NCBI GenBank assembly: GCA_010093705.1
Contig: MU006106.1
Location: 337,086 to 401,085 of the forward strand
From: Patellaria atrata CBS 101060
Lineage: Eukaryota
Direction: 5' to 3'
Length of the DNA: 64,000 nt
Below, piece by piece: positions 1 to 12,595 of the stretch; positions within the stretch are counted from its first letter, which is position 1, and each line of letters begins with the position of its first letter. The notes under the pieces are model-generated. The model did not search any database, was not told where the DNA came from, and saw only the letters and a list, made by a program, of their open reading frames with translations. The position numbers and the translations under genes were made by a program.

Positions 1-2174
1 ATCTCTTTCTAAATCCTTCAAGGCCGTTGAGGCTCAGACTTCCGCGTTCCAGACACAATGCGAAGGCCTCGTAACAGGTCAGCAGCGGACCACAAAGCTA
101 GCGGATGATATAGCAGAGAACCTGCAATACTACACCTATTTGGAGCCCATCACAAGAAGACTGAATGCTCCTGGGGCTGGTAGCCACGTTCGCAGCAAAG
201 ACTTTGCGGAAATGCTCTCAAATCTAGACAGCTGTCTAGATTACATGCAAGCACACGTACGTATTCTTGGTTTTTGTATGGTTAATAATATACTTATATT
301 CTCTAGCCCAACCACAGCGAAGCATCGATCTACCAATCGCGTTATCGTTTACTATTAACCCGCGGTCTTACACTGATTAGAGTACACGCAACAAATGCGC
401 TTAGAGAAATTGCCGCCGACGTATCTAAGCGTATTGCAGAAAGGCAACTGAATGATACAACAATGTCTGCGTTGCTTTACGCGAAGTTCAGGGTTGGTGC
501 AGCCGACCTCAAGCAGCTTGGTCTTGAGATACAGAAGCGAGCCGTCCCACCAATAGGAGCAGAACCTGGGGCGGAGGCTGAATATCAGAGTCTCATGAAT
601 GAATTGCACCAAAGTTACTCGGCTACCAGAGGCAGACTGATCTTACCGATTGTAACGAAGAAAATGTCTGAAATCGCAATGGCACCTTCAATCTCGAAAG
701 ACTTAGTTGCGTTTGCTCGAAGTAGTATAAGCTACATCCGTGGAATATGTTACGATGAGTATGACCTTTGGGGTGAATGGTTCTACGGTGATAAAGGTCT
801 CTACGACTATCTCGAGTCGATTATGGAGCCGATGTATGATCATCTACGCCCGCGTACAATCCATGAGACTCAATTACTCAAGCTCTGTGAGCTCTCTACT
901 TTGATTCAGACCCGCTATTTGGAGGAAGAAGATGAGGATAATGACATACCTGATCCCACACGGTTAGATTTCTCAGCGCTTATCCAGCCAGCATTGCAAG
1001 ATGCGCAAACGCGGCTCGTCTTCCTTGCTCTCGCCGTATTACGAGATGATATCGAACGCTACAAGCCAAAACCAGAAGATTTAGACTATCCCGCTCGAAA
1101 CCGTCGAGTATCCCTTCCTGAAGCTAAGAGTTCACAGCCTGTATTGTCAGGCCGTAAATTATCTAGCAATACAATGACACCTCTCCCTAGGACTCCAATG
1201 ATCGTTGACGAGGAAGAGTCATCAGAATTTCAGTGGAATTTGAGCACTGCAGCTGCTCTTGAAGGGTGGTATCCAACTCTTCGAAAAGCAATATGGCTGC
1301 TGAGCAAGATATACCGTCTTGTAAATGTAAGTAACTAATCACTTAGCACTTTGATTTTGACTAAATCTCACCAATATAGTCCACCGTTTTCGATGACCTT
1401 GCTCATCAGATTGTACACCAAACTACTCTTTCCCTTCACTATGCCTCCGCTCAGATCTCGACCAGAGCATCGCCGACGGACGGCCAGCTGTTTCTCCTAA
1501 AGCATCTTCTTATTCTCAAACAGCAGATAGTCGCCTTCGACATCGAATTTGTAACACCAGAAGTATCTTTCGACTTCTCTAGTGTAAGCAATACATTCTG
1601 GGAGCTCCGCGAACGTGGCGGCCTATTCAACCCTGGAAACTTAGTACGACTTGTGGGTGGAGGACTCATCCCACGCGTTGTAGAAAACATGCTCGATGCG
1701 AAAGTTGAACTTGACGGGAGACTCCGTACCGTTATTAGCGATTTCACGAATGGTTTCGCTACAAGAATGACCAATTCAATTTCCGCAACTGCTACCAGCA
1801 AGAAGGGATTCGATGCTAACCAAGCAACTAGGATGGTCCGCGATTCTGTTGAGAAAGAAACGCCTTTCTTGCGCCGCAAGTTGGATGAGTATCTCGATGA
1901 TGTTCGTACAAAAGAAACTCTTGTTGGTGCCGTTCAGGACCACGTGGCTCAGCTCTACGAGAACTTCTATGATCGTCATGTCGCACAAGTCCGTGCTAAT
2001 GGCAAGCCGATTTCCAAGAAGGGCAAAGGGAGGGAAGATGAGGTTTGGGATGTCGACACTTTTACTGACTTCTGTGCAAGAGTGTTCAATGTTGGAAGTG
2101 CTGGATTTCGAGGGGATGAGGACGAGGGAGATGGAGTTAGCAGCCGCAGTCCTAGTCCAAATGGTAGTACCTAG
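1..2174 (+). CDS. COG3: Conserved oligomeric Golgi complex subunit 3 (Sec34), 5'-truncated by the window edge; introns 257-306 and 1327-1379
   Basis: ORFs 140-358, 463-1338 and 1653-2174 join via GTACGT..CTAG and GTAAGT..ATAG introns. Motifs: YQSRYRLLLTRGLTLIR, LQDAQTRLVF, WYPTLRKAIWLLSKIYRLVN/STVFDDLAHQIVH, LFLLKHLLILKQQIVAFDIEF. Confidence 0.93.
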
Positions 2175-2571
2175 GACTTAGAATGCGACCAAAGCACTCT
2201 AGTGGGACTTCCCATCAGGTTGGTAAGTGCTGTTTTAAATGAATATATTACTCTACGTGACCAAAACTTTATGTTCCACGTGAACTAGTGCCGTAAAATA
2301 ACCCAGCTACGGCCCGCTGAGTGAAAATGCGTTACTCGTAGGACTATGCGTTTCATTAGGTACATCTTCTGACTTTCCAAAAATGTCGGTCTAGCGGCGA
2401 TGAGAATAAGCGGGTTACTTGATCCTTCCTCTTCTTGCCTTCCCAATCATGCCTTCCTCCTCGTTCCTCCCTTATAGCCAACCACTCCTTGCCAAGTCTC
2501 AGTCGCTCTTTCCGTTTGCAGGTACCTGTCTATATATTCCCCAACTGAGCAGGCAGACAATATCAAAACCT

Positions 2572-2734
2572 GGCCATATGGTCTAGTTGGGGGAGACATC
2601 CGTCGGCGACTCAACTCACCTTTGGTTTCATGTTCGAGTCCCCTGGGCCGCACATTGGTATGGTTTCATAATGCCGTGCGACCACCGCGAAAGCACCGAA
2701 AGGTCGATTGTTTTTCGTTTATTTATTTTTTTTT
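2572..2734 (+). ncRNA. tRNA-derived (Val-like 5' end) Pol III element with intact A/B boxes, 3' hairpins and oligo-T tract; tRNA pseudogene, SINE or ncRNA
   Basis: A box TGGTCTAGTTGG 2579-2590 in tRNA register (T8, A14, G18G19); D stem GTCT/AGAC; B box GTTCGAGTCC 2632-2641; T-runs 2711-2734. Anticodon and T stems do not pair. Confidence 0.55.
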
Positions 2735-3528
2735 ACTGCGGTATTTAATTTGACCTACGTCCTTCAGTGGAGTTCGTTTTGTGTCAGCGTCTAGGAATTC
2801 TCTTTTTGTTTCTTGCCATCATCTCAATCACTTATCACTACTTAGACTTGACCTCTGATTTCTCTTTCGCCGCCATGATATCCACTCCAATGGATAACCA
2901 AAATCAAACGGTTCTCCACAAAGATTTTAGGGTTACGTCCAATGAAGCCTGACCACAACAGTGAGATGTTACTAGATTTCGAAGAGAGACGAACGCTGTG
3001 TTCCTATTCTAGTTCTTGTAGTCCCCCGTATCCAGTCACTCACTGCACACACAGAGTAAAATAAATCATATTACATCTATGGTTTGAGAGCAAAGATGAC
3101 TCCACTCCGTGTCACGCGGCGGTACTATCTCCTCAAACTTGTAGAACAGAAAAATAGAGGGAGGCTCTAGGATGAGGTCTGATCAAAGAAGGCGCTAAAA
3201 ATTTAACCATATCCCCACCTCGGCAAGTAGCGGTGCAACACGCGCTTCCTCTCCATCCCCTTGCTCTTATCAATCACCACCACTATCGAACTGGCCAACC
3301 TTGTACGAGATTCCCCTGCGAGCACGCAATTCGAGGTCTATGTTACACTACAGGCTATCAGACTATCGGCTTATCTGTTGTCGTTACAATGAAGATATAC
3401 TGTACTGGATATACAAGATATCTCTCCCGCATGGGAGCATTAAGCCTCGAATGCTTCCATCGCTGGAGAAATACGGTAACTAGGTAACATTTTATACTGT
3501 CTTCACATTTTTTAAGTCTATCTTCATC

Positions 3529-4778
3529 ATGGCACCAGTTCTTACAGCAGACACCCCTCAAACTCCTCACACGCTTTCAAATAACCATGCGCCCAAGAAC
3601 ATCTTTCCAGACGGTATCAGAACGTCTGGGCAACATAATCCTATATATGAGGAGCTGAAGCCGTATTCAGAGTTTCCTAAAGAGATAACAGGACCGACCG
3701 TCTGGGAAACTGAAGACTATAAAGACAATCCCGAAAGATGGACACATCCCTTTGACGAAGAGGAGATTGAAGAGTTGTCAAAAGCCGCTGATGCTTACTT
3801 AGCGTCAAAAGCTCCACTAACTGCTATATCCAAGGCATGTATACTCGGTATAACTCTCGCCCCAGCAGATATCCTAACTCAACCCAGGAGAACTTTCCTC
3901 TCCCCAAGCTCACCCCCTTCCTCACCTCCACCCGCAACGAACTCCTGAACGGCAAAGGCTTCCTGCTCTTTAAAAACTTCCCCGTCAAAGTCTGGGGCAT
4001 CCGCAAATCAGCCGTTGCGTACATGGGCCTGGGGACCTACTTTGGCTACTACGTCTCGCAAAACGGGCTCGGTCACATCCTAGGCCACGTTAAAGATCTC
4101 GGAGACGACCCGACTCAGACCGACAAAGTGCGCATCTACCGTACCAACGCGCGACAGTTCTTCCACGCCGACGACACTGATATAGTCGGCTTGCTTTGCA
4201 TCGCCAAAGCGCAAGAGGGAGGGGAAAGCGACATCGTATCCTCCCATCACGTCTTCAACACTCTGCAGCGCGAGCGCCCGGATGTTACCGAGCTGCTCAC
4301 GAAGCCGATCTGGTACTTCGACCGCAAAGGCGAGATGAGCAAGGGCCAGGAAGAGTGGATCAGGAGCGCCATCTTCTTCCTCGAGACCGGCGAGAACCCG
4401 CGCGTGTACACGAAATTTGACCCCTATTTCGTGCGTTCTCTGTCCCGTTTCTCGGACAAGGGCGTCGTCCCGCCGCTCTCACGTGAGCAGGATGAGGCGA
4501 TCCAGGTGCTGGAAGAGACCTGCTTGCGGCTCGCACTGCACATGATCTTGGATATTGGGGATATACAATTCCTTTCCAATGCGCACGTGCTGCATGCTAG
4601 GACGGCGTACACAGATTACCCACCCCCGGCGCTGCGAAGACAGCTTATGAGGTTGTGGTTGAGCACACCGGAGGATGAAGGTGGTTGGAGGTTGCCGTTT
4701 CATGATAGTAGGGAGAAGAAGCGGGGTGGGATTCAGGTGGATGACACGCCGCCGCATGCGCCTGGGGATGCGGAGTAG
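3529..4778 (+). CDS. TauD/TfdA-family (clavaminate synthase-like) 2-oxoglutarate/Fe(II) dioxygenase; one intron 3835-3887 (GC-AG)
   Basis: ORFs 3529-3948 and 3837-4778 join in phase 0. HxD motif FFHADD, distal HARTAY and RLWL motif. Confidence 0.9.
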
Positions 4779-5143
4779 ATCAGATAAATAAAGAATAGAC
4801 AGAGAAAATGTGTTCGTGATCTGTTGGCCCAACGCTCTATTTATAATAGGGTAAGCTTTTAGTGTTGAGTCTAAGTCTAGGGTAAAAAAACCCAATGATG
4901 ACTTAGGGCTGATGACTTTGATATATTTCATTATACTTCACAAACAACGCCTTCCGGTAGCAATCCCATTAGAGATCACGTTCGATCAACTGTTCCAATA
5001 GCTCGTCTAAGGCATCCCATCTTGACTCCACAAATTTGGCATTTCCTGGATGGATCAATGTTACATCCACCAACTTGCCGCCCACAGAGCCGTGATATAT
5101 CTTCCAATCCAGGATTTCATACGTACAACAGTAAGAAGATCCT

Positions 5144-5866
5144 CTAGAACCCGCGCCCTCGTCCTCTGCCCCGGCCTCTTCCCCTGCCTCTTCCTCCGCC
5201 CCTCGGACCCCCCCTGGCGCCGCCGCGATCCGCCTGTTCCTTCCTAGCTTTATTCTTCGGTTTTGGCGCATCGTCGATAAGTAGAGTGTCGAGCGGGAGA
5301 CTATCTGGTAAGATATAGTATCTGATCGTGTTGCCACGGACGCTGATGCTATCGAGCGCGACCGGATCGCGGTTCTTGAGGATCATTTTGACGGCGCGCA
5401 GAGATGTATTCATTTGGGGAGTTACTGATGTGATCGTGCCGTGAATAATGGTACCTGTTCGTGTGTTAGTAAGGGCTTTATGCGTTGTAAGACGAGTTTT
5501 GGGGACATGGTTGAACGAGTGGGCCAGTGGAAAATCCATGTGCTGAGCTGATGGACCAAAAATAGAGGCGACCCCGGTCGAGTGAGGAAAATCTGCGTGG
5601 CGGGCCTGTTGTCATGGTCCTTTGCCAGAGCTGGACATCCAAAGTCGAAATGATTTTGTTCGGTGTAAATATGGGAAAAGACGGAAAGCGACTAACCATT
5701 TTTCAACTCAATGGAAACAGTCTCATTCTGACACTTCATCAAAAACCTACAGTTGGAGCAACCTCGTTAGCTGGTACTCGCCAGTGGGTGAAGCCTTGAT
5801 GGTGGAAGAGCTCAGCTTGTGCGTTGGCCTTGAGAGCTTAGGGTGAGCTTACCTGACGAGCTTCAT
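5144..5866 (-). CDS. SMD1: Small nuclear ribonucleoprotein Sm D1; exons 5866-5853, 5746-5697, 5454-5144
   Basis: Spliced product [32 protein letters not shown]...[25 protein letters not shown] with an RG-repeat tail. Confidence 0.96.
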
Positions 5867-6777
5867 CTCTGCGACTCAGTTGCTGAATTAACTTGGCCCT
5901 TTTTTATGTTTGTAGTCGGTTGTGCGTTGAAGAAATTGTTGATCATATGTTAGAGTTGATATCGAGGTCGCGTATCATTGTGGTTGGAACTTGGGTGAAA
6001 TTTACATATCAGAAGGTGCCAAGGCTACTAGCTCAAGCACCAGAGACGCATTAAGGTTATTAGTTATGTAATATACGCAGAGGACCCATCCAACGGGGAT
6101 GCTGGAGATTGTTACTAATAATACTTTGTTGGTAAAACGCCGTGTACACATTTTTCACTCGGAGTGCTGATATCAACCACTGTAGCATATCCCTCCCCTC
6201 TCAGTATATTCGACATAGAAGTAGCCTCACTTTCTCCGCAATAGTTACCTATTTGATACCGACGCATTATACATTCTTGGGTATGGTCAGGTTATAAGAA
6301 AAGATGATAGCCATGGCTGCAATATAACTCCTCCCATCTCAGATGAATTGCATTTAGAATGTGTGGAATGGGAGCAACTTGACTGCATGCGCAAGCATAT
6401 ACCACATCTAAAATCTTCATACATACAGTTCCGGAAGGGTCAAGCCCAGGGTGGGAAATAAAAAGACGGACGAAGGATTCCTGTCGCATGCTATCGGTAT
6501 AATTGTGAATCTGGATATGTGGAGGTGCATCCCCTCACACGTAATCATGGAAAATAATACTGGGGATATGGACTCACGAGTCCGCGGCCATAACGTGATA
6601 GTTTGGCATATTTCCCGTCTATTAAGCCGTGCGAAATATATCATTAAAGATTTGTTTTTGTTCATTTTCCTCAACTGAACAATTTCAAATCTCACATAAC
6701 CCCAATCAAGTTCCAAATAAAAGCTCCATAGATATATACATAAACACTTCTCTTCTTGTGTATGAGTAGTTCCTCAT

Positions 6778-7259
6778 TTAATCCGTTGTATTCTCAGGTA
6801 CCACTGCAAAAGTTGGTCTCACAAATCTATATTCTCGTTAGCAACATTATCAGTTCTAAGTCGACTGAAACGTACCGGTCGCTATGATAAACCTTCGTCT
6901 CTGCTCCCAAAAGCTCCCTTTCTCTCGCTTTATCTGCTAACATTCTCCTTACTTGATCTCTGTCCTCTTCGGCCTGTAGGGCGGGAATTAGGTGAATGCG
7001 ACTCCACATCTTTTCACGGCCTAATTCGCTGTAGTTCTGTCAGCAATGTATTCTCGACCGCTGTTAGTGTATAGCCGGTGATTAGATTCCCATTTACATA
7101 CTTGAGTTCTCTCACACCCTTCCCATATTTGTAGAAGCCGTATGTCATGATCCCGGCAACAGCGAGGAGATAGTAAGCAGGTCGGAAGCCTCGAGCCGGC
7201 AGATTGCGTTTATACTGGATTGGTTCATAGCCGCCCACTGGCGGCATATCTTGAGGCAT
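6778..7259 (-). CDS. NDUFA13: NADH:ubiquinone oxidoreductase subunit A13 (GRIM-19/B16.6); exons 7259-7102, 7028-6876, 6826-6778
   Basis: MPQDMPPVGGYEPIQYKRNLPARG...REKMWSRIHLIPALQAEEDRD...VYHSDRFVRPTF; canonical splice sites. Confidence 0.93.
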
Positions 7260-7453
7260 CCTGAAGATTATCAACTGGATTCAATGGGAGCGTATGTATG
7301 GAATTGCTGAGTTAGAGCGCTGTAGGTCGAGATGTGAGGTTACAGCAGCTTGTCACGGCTGAATTTCGGGTAAACTCAACTCTGCGCCTTCAGATACGAG
7401 TAAATCTTTTCTTGTTAGGTTACATTTCAACCTTCAACACACCACCGCAAATT

Positions 7454-8752
7454 ATGGAGTTAGAGGAACGGCCCAATAAATTGAGAAAATTAAGTCATGA
7501 GAGTGATGGGATAGGCTGGAACGGATCTATGGCCCCTGAATGCGACCCTTCCAGATTTCATGGATCGATAAGCGCAGAGGGGAATCTAGTAGCTAAAGAT
7601 ATTCCCAGTTCAATTGATCTAGCGAAGGTACTAAATGATCCTCAGTGTGATACCCCGAATATTCAAACCGCTAGCGGACTGGACCCCTCCGTAGATGCCC
7701 GTGATGCTGAAAATATTGGCAACGATTCTGTTCATGATGAGCGCAGCCAAGATCCTGATGCTGAAGATGTTCAGAAGCTCTCCAAGAACCAGTTGAAGAA
7801 ATTAAAGAAGAAGCGAGAATGGGAAGAGGGCCGTGAAGCAAGAAAGGCCAAACGGAAGGAAAAAATCAAAGGGAAAAAGGAACGTAAGCGTGAAGCCAAA
7901 GAACAGGCCATTGCAGATGGCACATACGTGGAGCCTACACCTAAGAGGATCCATGGGAATATTCAGGTCCCAATCACGTTCATCTTTGATTGTGATTTCG
8001 AGGACTTGATGCATCCATCTGAGCTCATCTCACTCGCGAGTCAATTAACCAGGGCCTATTCTGATAACAGGAATGCTAAGTACTCCGCGCATCTGGCCGT
8101 GAGCTCTTTCGGGGGTAAGATGAAGGAGAGATTTGATGGTATTCTCGCTGGACATTATGAATCCTGGAAAAATGTCAAATTTTACTCAGAAGATTTCGTT
8201 CAGGTAGCTGAAAAGTCAAAAGCCATTATGACTTCTAAAAATGGTGGTGTCATACGCGGTAGTCTACAACGGGCGAAAAGAGATGGCGGAGAAGGCTCAT
8301 CCGAAGCGGAATCAGAGCTCATATATCTTTCAAGTGATAGCGATTACACTTTGACGGAACTGAAACCCTATACTTGCTATGTCATTGGTGGTCTCGTCGA
8401 TAGAAACAGGCACAAAGGCATATGCTACAAGCGCGCGATGGATAGGGATATCAAAACCGCTAAGCTCCCCATCGGCGAATATATGGAGATGAACAGCAGA
8501 TCTGTGCTCACGACTAATCACGTATCCGAGATTATGCTTAAGTGGCTTGAACTAGGGGACTGGGGAGATGCGTTCATTCAAGTCATCCCTAAGAGAAAAG
8601 GTGGCGCCTTGAAAGGTAAATGCGAAAATGAGAGCTCGGCCGAAGAAGATATCCAACATTCAGATAATGAGAAGGTGCTGGTTGAGCAGGACAACTCTAT
8701 GGATGTAATAAACCCCACAAAGATGGCTGCAGTGAAAGAACCATTAGAGTGA
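7454..8752 (+). CDS. TRM10: tRNA (guanine(9)-N1)-methyltransferase
   Basis: Motifs LSKNQLKKL, DCDFEDLM, IYLSSDS, YVIGGLVDRNRHKG, AKLPIGEY, VLTTNHV, VIPKRK; first ATG at 7454. Confidence 0.95.
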   Translation: MELEERPNKLRKLSHESDGIGWNGSMAPECDPSRFHGSISAEGNLVAKDIPSSIDLAKVLNDPQCDTPNIQTASGLDPSVDARDAENIGNDSVHDERSQDPDAEDVQKLSKNQLKKLKKKREWEEGREARKAKRKEKIKGKKERKREAKEQAIADGTYVEPTPKRIHGNIQVPITFIFDCDFEDLMHPSELISLASQLTRAYSDNRNAKYSAHLAVSSFGGKMKERFDGILAGHYESWKNVKFYSEDFVQVAEKSKAIMTSKNGGVIRGSLQRAKRDGGEGSSEAESELIYLSSDSDYTLTELKPYTCYVIGGLVDRNRHKGICYKRAMDRDIKTAKLPIGEYMEMNSRSVLTTNHVSEIMLKWLELGDWGDAFIQVIPKRKGGALKGKCENESSAEEDIQHSDNEKVLVEQDNSMDVINPTKMAAVKEPLE

Positions 8753-9093
8753 ATCTAAGAAGAGACACGACAGACAAAATTTGCGGGGCTATCTTAAGAC
8801 CTCTAATTAGGTCTCGAAAGAGGAATACAATGTAAATATGAAAGCTATATATTCTTACATGTGATTGTTCTGATTCCATATATGCGGATCAAGGGATCAG
8901 CCCTGCGTAAATAAGCCTTTTAGCGCCCGCTACAAGCTGGGGTATTTGAGCCGCAATACCTTCCCTCCTTGTAACGTCTGACGTCTTCTAAAGTCAACAA
9001 TATGTGATAGGGACCAACCTCATGAAGATACGCTTGATGTCAAGTGTACTAACACCTCTAATGTACTTACTAGCTATATAAATACGACGGCGT

Positions 9094-10169
9094 ATGTCAG
9101 ACTCACAAGGACGAGGCTCTCCCGAGCTACCACCTCGCCTCTCGAAATCCTCGTCGTTCGGTGCAGCATCTTTTTTCTCGTATCCAGTATCTCAAACAGT
9201 CTCTGGTCTTCTCCGAAGATTAACTACTGAACCCCCTCCTTCCAAAAGTTTGTCCGTAAAACCGAGCGGATCCAGTATGCACGGCGTCTATACACCCCCC
9301 CATAGGCGTGCATCGCCGTTCCAGCCACCTCCTTTAACTCCTCTAACCCTTAAAGGGTACAAATTCAATACATCAGATTCCGCGAAATTACTATCCAGAT
9401 CCTTAGCAGAAGAAATCAGACTACTGATTCCGCCACGGTTACAATTGGTCGAAGACTGGCACTTGGCTTACAGCTTGGAACAAAATGGTGTTAGTCTCTC
9501 TACATTATATAAAATGGTTGAGGATTACCGAGGCAAGAGAGGAGGGTTTGTTCTCGTGGTGAGGGATGGATCGAGAGGTGTAAGTTGTCCTACGACCGTC
9601 GCCGTTCTTCACCTGTTAGCAACATATCACTAAGATTAATTTGGCAGCTCTTCGGTGCATACCTCAGCGACCCTCCCCACCCTCAACCGCACTTTTTCGG
9701 TACAGGGGAATGCTTTTTATGGCGTGCGCATATACTCCCCGATATTCCAGACCTGTCATCTCTTCCACGTCCCCCTTCAGAAGATACCACTCATGCACAG
9801 CGTCAAACTACTCTTGGGATGCTAGATAGCCTAAGCCTACCGACAAGTGGACTAGGAGGAAGTAAAAGTAGCACTCCTACATCCGAGAGAATACGATTCA
9901 AGGCCTTCCCATATAGTGGAGTTAATGATTATATGATATTTTGCGAGCAGGGATTCCTAAGTATTGGAGGAGGGTAAGCGGCTATAACTCTTCCAAGTCA
10001 TGACTTTAGACTAACAGTTTTTAGGGATGGTCGCTATGGACTGTGGTTAGATGATAATTTCGAAAGAGGCGTCTCTTCAACTTGCCCAACGTTTGGAAAT
10101 GAGCCCCTAAGCGACGAGGGAACAAAATTTGAAGTTTTAGGTGTTGAATTATGGTACATCGGTGCATAA
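9094..10169 (+). CDS. OXR1: Oxidation resistance protein 1 (TLDc domain); introns 9580-9647 and 9974-10024
   Basis: Motifs [64 protein letters not shown]. Confidence 0.93.
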
Positions 10170-12595
10170 TTCGGAACGGGTATCATATAAAGGTTTGGCG
10201 TTCTTCAACTCATAAGCTATATACCACAAAGCTGCGGACGTAATTTCGGTTAGGTACTCTTCACTCCAATATCACGAAAATCTGATTAGTCAACTGGATA
10301 ACAAGGGCCAAATTCACAGCTTACCGGATGATGAATGCTCCACCTATCTGCAATCAATTGATTGGAAGCATAATGGTCGTGCGAACCTGTGGAACTAGCT
10401 TTTCGACGTACGCTTGACCATCAAGCAAGTGAAGCAGCTCACGGACTAGACGCAGCAATAGTCTTTACAATTTCAGATGCCCTTTTGTCGCTTTAGCGGG
10501 TGACCTATTTACTCGGTAGCTTCGTGCTGGCTGAATTTTAAATCTAGGCGAGTGTAGGGAGACGTCAATTTGACGTATTGTCATCTAGCATACCCAAACC
10601 GTCGAGTGCTTCGATGACATTACAGCGGAGAATGATTCAATTGAGACGGATAGGAGATTCCACATCTCTTCGTTCCGAAACAGGTTGTTGCTCTAAGCTA
10701 GGCAGTCTGGGAATAAGAGGTTTTTCATCGAAAGGTGTGTAAGGTCAGCTTCTAATATCCGGATTAACCACTGTAACGTTGTTTGAACAGTGATGGAATA
10801 GGTGACACCACAACCGTAGCGTCTTACCTGGTTGATCGTACAACCGCTGATACAGGGATTACCTAGGAGCATGGTCATAGAGGCGTGGCGCTTTCTTGCG
10901 CCATAAGGTAGGCGAACCAGGCTATCGGTATCGGGCAAATTTCTATGCTAATATGATAGCTGGAATAAGCGTTATCGCGGATCTGCATAGTCTTATCATA
11001 ACGAACACATCGAGTCTGCATTGTGACTTCTAGGCTGCACTGCAACTCATTCAGCGACGAAGACAACTTCTCACTGTGACTGATAGTGCTCAAGTATCAA
11101 CTCTCATGCCAAAGTTGGTTTGATCGTGTTTCTGCTTGAATACAGCAACCTCAAGATGGAGTCTCGGATTGTGACCCTTTATGCTATCTGGATGAATAGA
11201 GCCGTCAACAAGACAACCTAGAATGTCAGTGGGAAGACTTGAATTCAACGAATGAGAGCATGGTGTAGTTTTGGCCAACACAACAGGAAATGGGACACTG
11301 TTGTTTAAGAACAATAGGGCTTTTGGAGTGATAAGACATCTGAAGTTGCAGAAGGTCTACTGAAATAATGCATCATTCGGTAAAAAAAATTGCATATGTT
11401 GAAATGACTTTGACGCAAGTGCAGCTTCGCCAGCGCATCTGGGGTTGCGAAGACTTTGACTTTGCAACGTCCCTGGTTGTTGGGGTCCAGTTTTAGATGG
11501 CCACACACGTGTCAGGATGGTGTGGAGTTCCCTCAGACGTAGTATTGGCTCAAATTCGCCAGAATTAGAAGATATCAGGGTCCGCAGCTCACTTCAAAGA
11601 AATAATTTTAGAGAAATTTTTGCGATTGCTAAATTGTCAGGGAGGTCGTACGCAATCCAGGAGTCAGCCTTGCAGTAATAATGGCGTCCGTTTCAGTCAT
11701 TTCTAGATGGATTCTCCGCAAAGAAGGGACTGCCCGTCACTCGTTTAGATCACGACGGGAGTTCTATTATCTCTAAGAGAAGTAGGATACCAAATACACA
11801 ATTTTCACCGCAGTATCGTACAACGATGAGCGTAGGTCGGGTTCAAGTGAAGACGGGAGTGCTAAGGTATGGCAGTGCGCTTGACGTGCCACGTTCACGC
11901 CACAGACACCATTCTTCTTCCGGTAACTTACCCCCGGAACCGGTGCCATAACCTCACTCCATACCTGCACAATTTCATGTTACCAACAATAAACAATTCC
12001 GCAACAGCTTCAAGCAAAATAAACAAATTTCTTTCCTCACCAGTCAGGCAGCCATTTCCAAATTCTTGTCGTTTGGAATGGCCCTACCGGTATCAGTACG
12101 TCCCGTCAGGATAGCATTGATTGGCCTTCTGCATTGCAACACGAAGGCATCGCTCTTCACACAGATGCTCCCTGAATGGACTCCGTACGCGAATATCTTA
12201 TGATTTCTCTCGAGCATGAGGGTCGGCCCGCTTGCGGGGAGAGCGAAGCGTTCTGCTTGGTGGATATGCGGCCGCATACCTCGACCTTCACACATTCACC
12301 AGTGATTCGAATGTATCAATCTCAGCTTACATTTTGACATTCCCTGTCCCTTTACGGCGCAAATTATCAACGTGAAACTGTGCAGGTAGCCTGTCAGATT
12401 ATTGCGATTACGATTCTGTTTGGTCTGGAATCTGAATTCTTTGGAACATTAAGTTGATAAGTCTAGCCCTACAGCCTGTGCAGATGGATCCCAAACCGAC
12501 CCTAAGCAAAGGGTTCCCTGTCCATCCTCATTCTCAACTTGGACACTCTCTTGCTTTCTTTCTTCATTTCATGAAATTCTTCAATCGATGCACAT

